Of a DNA stretch of 64,000 nt, positions 41,346-54,354 are shown piece after piece; position 1 is the stretch's first letter, and every line of letters begins with the position of its first letter. This stretch comes from Octopus vulgaris. Its lineage: Eukaryota. The stretch is taken from the NCBI GenBank assembly GCA_951406725.2, contig OX597826.1:35960001-36024000 (forward strand), in the 5' to 3' direction. The position numbers and the translations under genes were made by a program. The notes beneath the pieces were generated by a model. That model was not told the origin of the DNA. It did not search any database and saw nothing but the letters and a program-made list of their open reading frames with translations.

Positions 41346-41557
41346 TTTCTACTCCAGACACAAGGTCAGAAATTTTGGGGGAGGGAGCCAGTCGATTAGC
41401 TCGATGCTAGTACATGACTGGTACTTAATTTATCCACCCCAAAAGGATGAAAGGCAAAGTCAACCTCAGTGGAATTTGAACTCAGAATGTAAAGACAGAT
41501 GAAAAACTGGTAAGCATTTCACCTGTCATGCTAACATTTCTGCCAGCTCACTGCCTT
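41346..41557 (-). mobile_element. Full-length SINE family B with 16-bp TSD
   Basis: AACATGTTTGTATACT (41330) / AACATGCTTGTATACT (41558). Confidence 0.92.
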
Positions 41558-44500
41558 AACATGCTTGTATACTGGTAGATAGCTGGTGCCAAGAATGACA
41601 TTGGACTCTATCAAAATACGCCCAAAGGTAGCTGCTGATGTTGTACTAAAAGGACCATTGAACTCGGTCCTTTTGTTTTATAAAGAAGTGCATTAAAGTG
41701 TGGCATGATTGATAAATTTCAGCATTATTTATTCATTTACTGATTTAATCTTGATTAAATTTAATTATTGCAGAACTAATGTATATTAGCTTTAATTAAT
41801 GGAGATCCTGCTAATTATAATTCATTCAGAATAATTAAAGAAAATGCAGATAGCAAAGGTCCCATTAAAATTTCAGAGAAGAGACAAGAAGGAGAGGAAG
41901 AAGTGCAATCATAACCTGTAAATACAGATACAGGAACAGAACGGAATTGATCAAAGAGAGAAAATATATTTGGCATAAACAAATAAATGTGTATGATAGG
42001 CTAATGAAAGCAGTTTAGGCATTAATCATTGGCAAAATAAATTTATAAATTTATGTCAGTTAAATATCAAAATTTATAGAGTTCTGTTATTTGCTGCAAA
42101 GAAGTTAAAAACTGAAAGGCCAGAATTAAAGCAGAAGGAAAGCCAGGACCAATATTCCCAGTAAAGAAAACTAAAATCCATGAAACTTAACAGTTCGGTT
42201 AACCAGAAGTGTCGCAATATTATTAAGAATGAAGAAAATTAAGTAAAATCAAATAAATTCAGTAGATAGTTGAATAGTTATTATAATAATTTCAAATTGT
42301 TGAGGAAAATAAGAAAATGCTAAAAGAGTTTATAAGAATTATAAAGAATAGTAAAGGCTATAAATGCTTCTATATATCAAAAGAACTTACAGGATTATAA
42401 CAGATTATAAACAGTTCTAAACTCTGTAACTAGTTCAGAGAAAGCCAATATAAAAATAACAACACTTAAGGCTTGATGCAAATTGAATAAGGTTATAAAA
42501 TTGAATTATATGAACTTAGAGTCATTAGTACCTACCGTTAGAACTAAGAGCAAGGAAAAGTAGCTTAAATACGATCATTTATGTGCATAATAGTGTTAAA
42601 ATACACTGGGCTGCCTAAATACAAGGCATGAAAGTTATTGCTAGTAATTTATCTGTATATCGTAAGGTTATAGATATATATATGAAGCAGCCAGGTAAGA
42701 CTTTATAGAATTGCTTTAAATAATAAGAAAGTTCTCTGCATAGAATGCAGACATTTGATCCTTAATTCATTTGATCTGTTAATAACTTGACATGTGTATT
42801 TTAAATTTCTTGCTGAGATTGCAACCATATCTGTCATTAACAAACAGCTTAGCATGTTTAGTGATGCTCCATATTAAATGAAAATCAACATTTTTGATCT
42901 TCAACTCCCAAGAACATTATGGAGAGGCATGTTTTTGCTTTATTTCTCTTTCTAAATGTATGAAGATAACCATACCATATATATATATATATATATATAT
43001 ATAGATGCATTCTTGGTTCAAGAGTTTTAGAAGTTCGCTGTGGAACCATGTGGATCAAAGTTTGTTTCTGCTGTGTGGAACTGTAGACAGGTGTCTTCTA
43101 CCATGGTATCAAACTAATCAATGTCTTGTGAGCAAACTGGTTGACAAAAATAGAATATTTTTAAAACACTTTGGTGGCTATATTTCAAATTAAATCTTTT
43201 TTATGTGTGTTTCAATTAGTTTAGAAAATAATCTAGAATGTATAACAATTCCAGTAAAATTCGGTTTTCCATATCAAATTCGTAATTTGGAATGACACAA
43301 AACAAAAGATACAGACTCAACAATATATTGGAATGAATAAATTTAAAACACTCAAAATTTAAATTAACTTTAAAACACTTTAAAACCGAAACTTGCTTTT
43401 ATTGTTTAATTTAAACACTTCATAATTTTAAAAGAAGCAGTTTTGTTTCAGAGAATCAGAGGTGAATGGTATCGAAATGGTTAATACTGACGACAGAGCA
43501 AAGTAGCATCTCAAAGACAGAAGGAAAACCATCAAACATCAGATAATATAATCTGTTATCGCTAAAGAAGATTTGCTGAAATAAGTATCACTAATCTGTT
43601 TATGTGAAACAATAATTTAACAAGATTGAAGTGGTATCTGCTGTGGTAGGAAAGTTAATGGTATAAAAGTAGCAAACAGGGCCTGAGGTGATGCTTAAAC
43701 ATATGAAATAAGACTTCTACACAATATCCACGGCATCAGTTTTCTATAATTAAATATAATCTGTGTCTTGTGAGACTTAATGATTCACAAAAATATCTTT
43801 TATAGGAAAAGATGCACAGTAATTCATGCACTAAGTTATACATATTTTATTAACATTGAAGGTGACAAGAGGCAATCTTGAAGGAAGTTCAATTTGAACT
43901 CAAGATGTCAAAACACTAAACTAAATATTTGGCCAATGAAAGAGCCTGTATATGGTCATTTGACATGCTAGAAATAGCACCCAAATTCCTTAAACTCACA
44001 TGCTACTGTTTCTAAAATAAAAGAGTGAGACTTTGGACAATGTTGTCTTAGATATGTAGCAAAAGATATGATGGTCATGGTTGAAATATCTTTGGTCATT
44101 GGTCATAGTTTCTTGCTGTCTGTGCTACGGATCCAAATCTCACTAATGCTTACTTTACATTTTATTCATTCAGGGTTGATAAAACATGTTTACTCAGTAT
44201 GTGTGTGTGTGAGGTTTGATGGATAGAATTTGCAGAACAATGGATAGGATACCTTGTTGTATTCTGACTTTTTGCCTACTGAGTTACTGAGCTTTTGACA
44301 TTAAATGGGCCCAGTTGAAATCTACAATCTTGTTCTTGAATCAGTAACATCTTAAGTTAGGGGCACAAAGAGTTGTTGCACAGAAGCCTCTTAGATCTAG
44401 GGGCCAATGCTAATTTCCACACACTATGATTGGTTGTCAATAAGTATATACTATAGGTCTCAGTGGATTCCTATTGCTTTTCTTTGTGGACTTTAACAGG

Positions 44501-45952
44501 GTTAAGATGGCCCTGACTTGGGTGCCCTCAATGGGGTCTACTCTCTTGCAAGCGACTCAACCAGGTATTCACGTTGCCTGTTGTTCCCTCTCTTCCTTTC
44601 ATCAGAACTGGTCTAGGAACTAAACAGCAACAACCAAATATTTTGAAATACCCTGTGGCACATTTTCATGTTTCTGCCATTTCTACATTATTATTTTTTT
44701 GCCTACATTATATTGGTTTACTAAATATAATAATCAAATATTTAAATAATAATTAAACACATATATTGATTAAGCATATGTTGATGGTTAGAACCAAATT
44801 TCAGAATGAAGACCGAAATGAAGGTAGCAAAACATGGTTTTCCTTCCTTTTTTATGTTTAATTATACAAAAACGGTAAACATATAACTGTGCTATACTGG
44901 AACCGAAAATACATGCTAGAGATTTATTAAGTCTTATATTAATCTTTCACTGAATTTTCAGTTGTTTCGTTCACGTTTCTAATAAAAACTTGCGAAAATC
45001 TGACAACATGAAATTATAGCAATAACATCTAAATAAGTCGAGTGGAGATGTGGTTCTATGTTGTTTATTTAAACAGCAAATGGAAAACAATCAGAACAAA
45101 ATTGAAAGAAAATTTTATTAATCAAAATAGAAATAGAAAAAGCATAACATGAAGGAAAGATAACCACTATGTTTTAAAAGTAAAAACAAAAATAACATGG
45201 AATTCAGATTAAACTATCTGATAGCTATTTATTTTAGAATTGAAACTTAAAACCATATTTTTTAAATTTTTGTTTATTTATTTTTTTAGTTAGTAGCTTG
45301 AACAATTAATCCTCTTTAAGAAACAATGGTAGCGCTAATCTGGCAGCGAAGTTAAATCAAATTTTAGATTGGATGTAAAATAAAAAAAAAAAGGTTTTTT
45401 TTTCCTTCTCTTCAATATTCTCTCTTGTATTTTTATTTTGGTTTTGTTCACAATATTTTAAAGATTGATTAATTCTTGTACAGAATTAACTCATGAATAT
45501 ATTTCCACATAACCACACACACACACACATACATACACATACACATCTCACACACACACATCAAGTCACAAACATATATATATATATATATACACATAGA
45601 CAGACATGCACATATACACTTTTATATTTAGTCGTATGTATGAAGACGAGAATACAGAGCTGCGTAAATACAGGTATACGTACATATATGCATGTGGTAT
45701 GTATGTATACATAATTACAGTGTGTGTGTATGTGTGTATATATATATATATATGCATACATATCATCATCATCAGTTTTAATATCTGTTCCCCAGATATA
45801 CATACATACATATATATATATATATGTTTGTGTGTGTGTAGGAACAGAGAGAGAGAGAGAGAAGAAGTGTGAGAGATTGTGATATATGATATATATGTAT
45901 ATGTAGATGTATGTACATGTTAATATATAAAAACAAATATGCATACACATAT

Positions 45953-46003
<51 letters not shown>

Positions 46004-46547
46004 CATACATGCATACATATACACATACATACGTACATACATACACACATACATAATACACACATACATACATACTCACACATACATATATATACACACA
46101 TACATACATACACACATACATATATACTCACACACATACATATATACATACACACACATACATACATATACACACACACACATACATACACACATATACA
46201 TACATACATACTCATACATATACACACATACATACAATTAGTAGACATCACAGTGCAGGAAGTACAGCAAATTTAAAATTTGTTTTGCAATGCTAGTTGT
46301 AAGCAATTCAGTTTTAGTGACGAGGTAAATGCTTTTGGAAATCTCTTTGCCATCTCAACAGCTGAAGTTCCACTGTGACCTCTAATCTAACACATTATAC
46401 ATTTCAGATGATGCAATATAAACCATTGAGTGCAGTGTTGTTAAGAAGTTCACTTCCTAAATACATGTACTCAGGTTCAATTCCACTGTAGTGCACCTTA
46501 GGCAAGTTCTTCTACTATAGACTTCTACTATAGGCAAGTTGTTCTAC

Positions 46548-46943
46548 TAAGACAAGGTAGAAAATTCCAAAACTAATTTTATCATGAAATACATTTTGTA
46601 CCAGTTTCAGCCTTTTAGACTTTTGTAAATATTTCCATAGTCTTCAAATAGCTAGGACATTTTCCTTTTTTCTGTCTTAAACCATCAAACTTCAGAACCA
46701 GCATTTCTCTGCACCTGTAGACACTATTTCTTCAGATCTGTTACTACCTACTGGCGCCTTCACAAAGGGAAAGAGAGAGAGACACAGAAAAAAGGAAAAT
46801 GTCCTACCTATGGAAATATTTACAAAAGATTTCATTTAATTTTTTTCTTCAATTTAATTGTTATTTCTTGTTTTCTCTCAATTGAAAAAGTCAAAAAGAC
46901 TGAAACTAGTACATAATGATAAAATTATTTTAGCATTGTCTTA
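46548..46943. repeat. Diverged fold-back element
   Basis: Blocks TAGGACATTTTCCTTTTTTCTGT, CTTTTTGTAAATATTTCCATAG and GTACCAGTTTCAG are mirrored at 46784-46943. Confidence 0.8.
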
Positions 46944-46982
46944 TTTTCCTTACACACACACACACACAAACAACCACACATA

Positions 46983-47029
<47 letters not shown>

Positions 47030-47034
47030 GTGTG

Positions 47035-47253
47035 TTGAGTTAGAAAACAGAGAGATCTAATGGATACATATTAATTCATTAATTAATCAACATATTCACC
47101 AACAATTGCTTCCTTTCACAAATAAGATTAAAATTACAAAACACATATAAATATATAATTTTGCATTTTAAATACCTTATAAAGGATATCATCAGGATGT
47201 TCAGAGGAGAATAAGGATTAAATTAGGATACATCTCTCTGTTTTCTAACTCAA
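47035..47253. mobile_element. MITE-like element with perfect 22-bp TIRs
   Basis: TTGAGTTAGAAAACAGAGAGAT / ATCTCTCTGTTTTCTAACTCAA. Confidence 0.65.
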
Positions 47254-47529
47254 TAAAAATCTTTGATATCTTACAATATTCTGTATAATATATTCATTGA
47301 AGAATTATCTTTTCAAAATTCAATATATTAAACCAGTGTATCTTGGATAAATATCCCTATAAGAAGTTTGAATATCCTCATTGTTACTATCTATCTATCT
47401 ATCTATCTGTCTGTCTGTCTGTCTGTCTATCTCTCTATCTCTCTATATATACGCTGTGAAGTCTGGCGTAGCATGATAAATTCTATTGTCTCGACCACGG
47501 TCGAACAATGATGATGATGATATATATAT

Positions 47530-47756
47530 CATGGCCGTTGCCAGTACCACCTGATTGGCCCTCGTGCCAGTGGCATGTAAAAGGACCCACTACACTCTCA
47601 GAGTGGCTGGCATTAGGAAGGGCATCCAGCTGTAGAAACTCTGCCAGTTCAAGATTGGAGCCTGGTGCAGCCATCTGGCTCGCCAGTCCTCAGACAAATC
47701 GTCTAACCCATGCTAGTATGGAAAGCAGACGTTAAACGATGATGATGATGATGATG
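47530..47756 (+). mobile_element. Family C repeat
   Basis: Ends GGAAAGCAGACGTTAAACGATGATGATG. Confidence 0.82.
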
Positions 47757-47792
47757 TATATATATATATCATCATCATGATATATATATATA

Positions 47793-48103
47793 AGGCATAT
47801 GGTTTAGTGGTTAGGGCATTTGGCTCACGGTCATAAGGTTGTGAGTTCAATTCCCAGTGATGCATTGTATCCTTGAGCAAGACACTTTATTTTCAAGTTG
47901 CTCCAGTCCACTCAGCTGGCAAAAATGAGTAGTATGTATATTTCAAAGGGCCAGCCTTGTCACACTGAATCTGCCTAAGAACTACGTTAAGGGTACAAGT
48001 GTCTGTGGATTTCTCAGCCACTTGCATGTTAATTTCACAAGCAAGCTGTTCCATTGATCATATCAGCTGGGACCCTCATTGTTGTAATTGATGGAGCACT
48101 CCT

Positions 48104-48105
<2 letters not shown>
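47793..48105 (+). mobile_element. SINE family E
   Basis: A box TGGTTTAGTGG, B box AGTTCAATTCC, and CCTTGAGCAAGACACTTTATT. Confidence 0.85.
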
Positions 48106-48161
<56 letters not shown>

Positions 48162-48897
48162 TGTTGTCTTGGGTTGATATCAAGTGACAGTGTGAAGAAG
48201 CTTAACCATCCTCTTTCTTTTCTGTCTTCCATCAAAATATTCTCACAACTTAGCAGTTCAACAAAAAGGACCGATAGAATAAGTATCAGGCTTACAAAAA
48301 AAGATAAATACTAGGCTGATTCCTTCAACTAAAATTCTGCAAAGTGGTGCCCCAGCATGGTCGCAGTTTAATAACTGAAACTGATAAATGATAAAAGATA
48401 GGTTATTTTAGAAACTATGCTTTTTTCACTGATTATATATCACGGATCAGAGACATTCCAAACATGACCATCCAATTCTTTAGAGACACATTGTATCTAG
48501 GAACAGATTAGGTGAAGCACGTTTTAAAAAACAATATTGTGTGATTGAAGGAAGAATTGGTTTCTATATCTAGCAGGAAAAAATGACCATATACAGGGTC
48601 CTTTGCAAATCACAGATGTTAGGGGAATTTTGCTTGACTGATTTCAAAGGACCAAGTAAGTAGAAGCTGCCTCTTCTGGTCCTTATATGAATGTGATGGT
48701 AATAATGAAGATATTGGTGGTGCTAGTGGTAGGGCTAAAGGTGATGGTGTTGGTGGCGTTAGTGTTCTCATTGGTGTTGATGGTGGTGATGATGGTGATG
48801 GTGAACAGGAGAGAAAATCTGAGCAGCTCTCAACATCAACAGCAATATCAAGTGTAGTGTGGAAGGCAAATTTTCTAAAAGTCGATTATTCAAAAAC

Positions 48898-48928
48898 CAG
48901 TAGTAGTAGTAGTAGTAGTAGTAGTAGC

Positions 48929-48984
<56 letters not shown>

Positions 48985-49649
48985 CAGTAGTAGTAGCAGC
49001 AGCAGTAGTAGTAGAAGCAGCAGCAGCAGCAGCAGTGATAGCAGCAACAGTAGTAGTAGTAGCAATAGGAGTAATAGTAGTAATAGCAGCAACAGCAGTA
49101 GTAGTAGTAGTAGTAGTAGAAGCAGCAGCAGTAGTAGCAGTAGTAGTAGTAGTAGCAGTGGTAGTAGCAGTGGTAGTAGCAGCAGTAGTAGTAGTAGCAA
49201 TAGGAGTAATAGTAGTAATAGCAGCAGCAGTAGTAGTAGTAGTAATAGTAGTAGTAGTAGTAGTAGCAGCAGTAGTAGTAGTAGTAATAGCAGCAGCAGC
49301 AGCAGTAGTAGTAGTAGCAGCAGTGGTAGAAGTAGCAGCAGTGGTAGCAGTAGTAGTAGTAGCAATAGGAGTAATAGTAGTAATAGCAGCAGCAGTAGTA
49401 GTAGTAGTAGTAATAGTAGTAGTAGTAGTAGTAGCAGCAGCAGTAGTAGTAGTAGTAATAGCAGCAGCAGCAGCAGTAGTAGTAGTAGCAGCAGTGGTAG
49501 AAGTAGCAGCAGTGGTAGCAGTAGCAGTAGCAGTAACAATGGTAGTAGACATAGTAGTAGTAGTAGTAACAATGGTAGTAGACATAGTAGTAGTAGTAGT
49601 AGTAGTAGTAATAGTAGTAGTTGCAGTAGCAGTAGTAGTAGTTGTAGTA
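48898..49649. repeat. 750-bp compound (TAG/CAG)n array
   Basis: Seen directly, with internal block duplications. Confidence 0.98.
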
Positions 49650-50209
49650 CAACTCACGACTCCAGCCAGAAACACCTTGCAAGCAGATTTCTGTTTTTTA
49701 AGCAACAGTGTATTTCGGATGTTCGGATGTTCGGCAAAGAATTACAAACACAGAAGTTTCTCCATGATTATGGGAAATGAAATTCACAACATCTTTCCAA
49801 TTAGTTCTAGAAATGAATTTTAAAGGAATCATTTCAAAAGCCATTCATTTGGCAGAATGATGGCACGGTTCCGGAGAGCTTCTGATATTGTATTTGTCAG
49901 TAAATGCATTTGCACCAATTTACGGGCAATATTGTTAATCTCTGTCAAGACGAATGAAGATATTAATAAGATTTTAAATTCTCTGAATAATGTACAATTC
50001 TGTGAAAATGGTAAACTGAATGGAACGTATGATAATAAGTCACTTAACCATCATTAATTATATGATATCTGCTACCTTTAGAAATGTTTGTAATCCGTGA
50101 ATTGATAAACATATGTATAAAGGCTTGCGTGAATTTCCAAGGATATATATATAAATAAATATATATATATATGTGTGTGTGTGGTGTGTTATATATTGTG
50201 TGTGTGTGG

Positions 50210-50270
<61 letters not shown>

Positions 50271-50476
50271 TTTATATATGTATGTATGTATGTACATATA
50301 TATGTGTGTGTAAATATATATATATATATATATACACATATATACATATATACACACATATATATATATATCAATATATATATATTTATATATGTATGTA
50401 TATATATACATATATATATACATACATATATAAATATATATATATTGATACATATATATATGTGTGTATATATGTA

Positions 50477-50507
<31 letters not shown>

Positions 50508-50540
50508 TACACACACATATATATGTACATACATACATAC

Positions 50541-50627
<87 letters not shown>

Positions 50628-53600
50628 TACACATATATATATATATATACATACTTGTATTTATATTTATATCATCATCTGCATCATCATCGTCATCAGT
50701 ATCAGCATCATTATTTAATGCTCATTTTCCATGGTGGTGTGGGACGGACAGTTTGACAGGATTTCAACAACCTGGATGCACCTACCTCAAGCACCAGTGT
50801 CTGTCGTGGCATAGTTTCTGTGGCTGGTTGCATTCTCTTATATCAGTCACCCTACAGAGCAAGCCAGATGCTTTATCTGTGACTCTGGCACTAGTGAGGT
50901 CACCAAGTGTCTCACAATACAAAGATGAAAAGCAGCCCTTAAATGCAAGGGTTAGGGTTAGAGGGGGAAATGGCTCAATGCAAAAGTATGATGTAGGAGC
51001 AGGCACAGATGGATGTTATGCTATAGAAGCAATACCCAGGTATCTTGAATTAGATGTGGGTGAGAGCAGCTGGGAAGAGGACAAGGAAGGCTTCTGATGT
51101 ATTGTTAGATAATACTCTCAAGATATGTGAATGTGAACATAAGAGAAAATATGGAGAGAAGATTGGGAAATGTGGGTGAATGATTTCAGTAGAATGGGAG
51201 AGGTGAGTAGCAGATGGTCAGAGATGGGTGTTGGGTGAACAGCACAAAGGTGGAGACAGGAGATGTGGGTGATGGTAAATATTAGTATGGGGTTGGGAGG
51301 GGAAAGAAATAGGAGTGATTCAAGAAGAAAGAGTCAAGTGGCAGCAGAGGAAGTATGGTGAGCAGCAAAATTATGATAAAATGGTAGATAATGTGTGGGG
51401 ATGGGAGAGTGAGGAGAAAAAAAGAGATGTACAGTGACAGAGATGGATGTCAGAGGTACATAGGGAAGGCTAGACTGAGTGGTGTTGCTCTCTAGGGTTG
51501 TTGTTTGTCTTATGAGAAAATTCTGAGTAGTGACTCATGTAAACTCAAACTTGGATAAAGAAATGTCTGTTTATCTATTTATGTATCAGCTTATCTTTTT
51601 CATCTGTTTCTTTTTATAATCTCTCTCTTTCTCTTTCTCTCTCTCTCTCTTTCTCTTTCTCTCTCTCTCTTTCTCTTTCTCTCTCTCTCTCTTTCTCTCA
51701 CTTTTCTTTCTCTGTCATTGCATTCTTTCTAGTGTGACAAAAGAAGGAAAAGCAACAGAGAAATGAAAATCAACATGGCCTAATATATGATATGTTAACA
51801 TAAATTATAAAAACTATGCGATAACACTTTTTCTTTTTAGCTGAAATGAGTATTAAAAAATATGAAGGTGATGCTCCAGCCTGTGCTGACGTGAACAGGA
51901 AAGCAAAAATGATCTGAAGAACTACAGAACTATGTATCAATTATTAACGGCTCATTATGTTACTTAAATCCTTTGTGAAAAATAAAACAAGAGAATCATA
52001 GAAATACATTCTTCTGTACGATGCTTTAATCATGTCTAATGGTTTCAATATTTGCTGTTTACACACACATACACATGTGCGTGCACACTCACATGCACAC
52101 ACAGCCAGCCACCCGTTCACATATCAATACACAGAACATGTTGAAATATTCCATTTGCTAGATATGCTTCTCTAATCAGTTGTGTTGTGTTTGTTCAGAA
52201 CTTGGCTTCTTCATGGGAGCTGCTTATATATTAGGGCCATTAACTAAATAACACACACACACACAAACAAACAAACAAATAAAAAAGTGGAGATAACTGA
52301 GAATATATGAAGCAAGTTCCAGTTGAATGAAGACTGCAAGACATTAGTGAATCCCAGACATAATTATTTCACTTCGCTGACATTTTGAATGCTCTCCAAT
52401 AAGTTGTGAACATGGACATCACATCATGAACACCTCGTGAAGATAATGAGACCAAAAAAACCAATTAACACAGGGAATTGGAAAGGTAGTAAGAGCATAG
52501 AATACATTATGGGATACCTTGCAGCATTTCTAGTAGTTCTCTATGTTTTGAGTTCAAATCCCAGCATGATCATCTTGTCTTTTCAACCTTTAACAGGTCA
52601 AAAAATAAAGTAACAGTCCAGAATAATGAATGTTAGAACTGTAATAGTATCAGAAGAGATGACTTGTGGTATGTGCTATGATTTTTCTAGGTTCAAATTC
52701 TTGACTTAACTGGTGCTTCGTCAATAGTAATTTGCAAAGTGCTGACATTGATTCGAAAGTAAAAAAGACACTGCTGTAATTTTGGTTTGGTTTGAAAACT
52801 TCAACTTTTAGGAGAGAAGCTATCATAGATCAATAAAGCTCAATTATCATTTTCATTTCGTTTCCGAAACACTTTCGTACAAAATCAAATAATGAAAAGA
52901 CAAGCTGTTATTTCTGTTTACACCGCATCAATTCAAATCCAGTAGATTATTTTTGTTATTCCTGGTTGCTTATAGATACATACCTTTTTATGTCGCTGTT
53001 AATTTGGAAAGGTACGTAACTTACTTGAAGAGAGGATATCTTCTATCACAAGCACATGATTGTTTTTTTATCTTTTTGCTATTATGTCGAACAATATCCA
53101 AGCTGCATTTAAATATAGAGTTTTTTTCATACTGTTGTCATGGTTCAATAGAATGCTACAACTTGGTGTCAAAACCACAATGATTTCCATTACATCAGCT
53201 AATGATGAGGAGTCTATGTTTACTTAGATAACATATGGTGTTATCTAAATTTAAGTAATTATGCAATTATAACTAAGTTTCTTTCTTCATTTGTCCTCCT
53301 TTTTATTGAAAAGAACATTTAAAAAGAATAAACAATAAATTAGTGCTAATTAAACTAATCAATTAATGACTATTTAACAGAATTAATTAAAAGCAAAAAA
53401 ATAAACATTACACAAATATAACGTGTGTGTGTGTCTATGCATATGTATATATATATGGATTTGTATAGAAAGAGTGCATTTCTCAACCAGTTGGCTTTGG
53501 TTTCAGTTCAACTGTATGGCATCATGGGCCAGTGTTTTCTACTGTAGCCCCAAGATGACTAATGGCTTGTAAAGGAAACTGATACAAGTTCATAATGTGT

Positions 53601-53688
53601 GTGTATACAATATATACATATATATATATATATCAGAAATATTAAATTTCTAAATGTCTCAAAGAGGCATGAGCAGTGGTGGAGCCAT

Positions 53689-53945
53689 AGAGTGGTTGTA
53701 TACTGTCAACTTAACGTGACAGTCCTGTATGGGAATTATACCACCGCTGTTTAGCCCTAGGAAGCATCGAACGTTTCCTGTCGGCTTTGACACATTGACA
53801 CTTTGACACATTGACACATTGACACAAGGACACAGAAAATGTGTCAAAGCCGACAGGAAACGTTCGATGCTTCCTAGGGCTAAACAGCAGTGGTGTAATT
53901 CCCATACAGAACTGTCACGTTAAGTTGACAGTATACAACCACTCT
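53689..53945. repeat. Near-perfect palindrome: 108-bp arms, 41-bp loop of 8-mer repeats
   Basis: 53689-53796 vs 53838-53945, with 3 mismatches counted. Confidence 0.97.
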
Positions 53946-54121
53946 CTCTATATATATATACTTATACATGTATGTCATTTTCTTTAAACTAGAATGTATA
54001 ATTTCCACGTTCATATTTGAATTTTTTGCATTTCAATAATTTTTCCCTGATTTTACTCATTCTCGAATTTGATGGACATATAGCGGTACATAAACTGACT
54101 CAAGAAATCTCTAGGGAGACT

Positions 54122-54182
54122 TTTTATTGATGTACCTGAAGAGACCCAGAACAGGTCGAGACATGTGTTGTACCCAATAAAG
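54122..54182 (+). ncRNA. Minimal type I hammerhead motif, core-mutated (A14G)
   Basis: TTTTATTG..GTAC-CTGAAGA-GACC-CAGAACA-GGTC-GAGA-CATGTG-TT-GTAC..CAATAAAA. Confidence 0.75.
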
Positions 54183-54354
54183 TCTATTACACATTCCATC
54201 TCCTATTTTATTAATACAGTTACCCCAACTGCCACTACGAAGTTCCTGCAGTAAATCTATGGATGACAACAGGTAAGCTAATCTGTGATGGCGCTTTACA
54301 CATTATCCATTTATACAATTTCCCCATTATTTATATATATATATATATAGATAG

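Noticed and set aside
48768-49823. Five long ORFs (poly-S/V/T/L/Y-C, mucin-like)
   Set aside because: All arise from a triplet repeat that is stop-free in most frames.
51841-51917. Strong acceptor followed by EMSIKKYEGDAPACADVNRKAKMI*
   Set aside because: Plausible terminal exon, but unsupported without transcripts.
53786-53837. Repeat array as CRISPR-like
   Set aside because: The 8-bp units are contiguous with no spacers, in a eukaryotic context with no cas genes.
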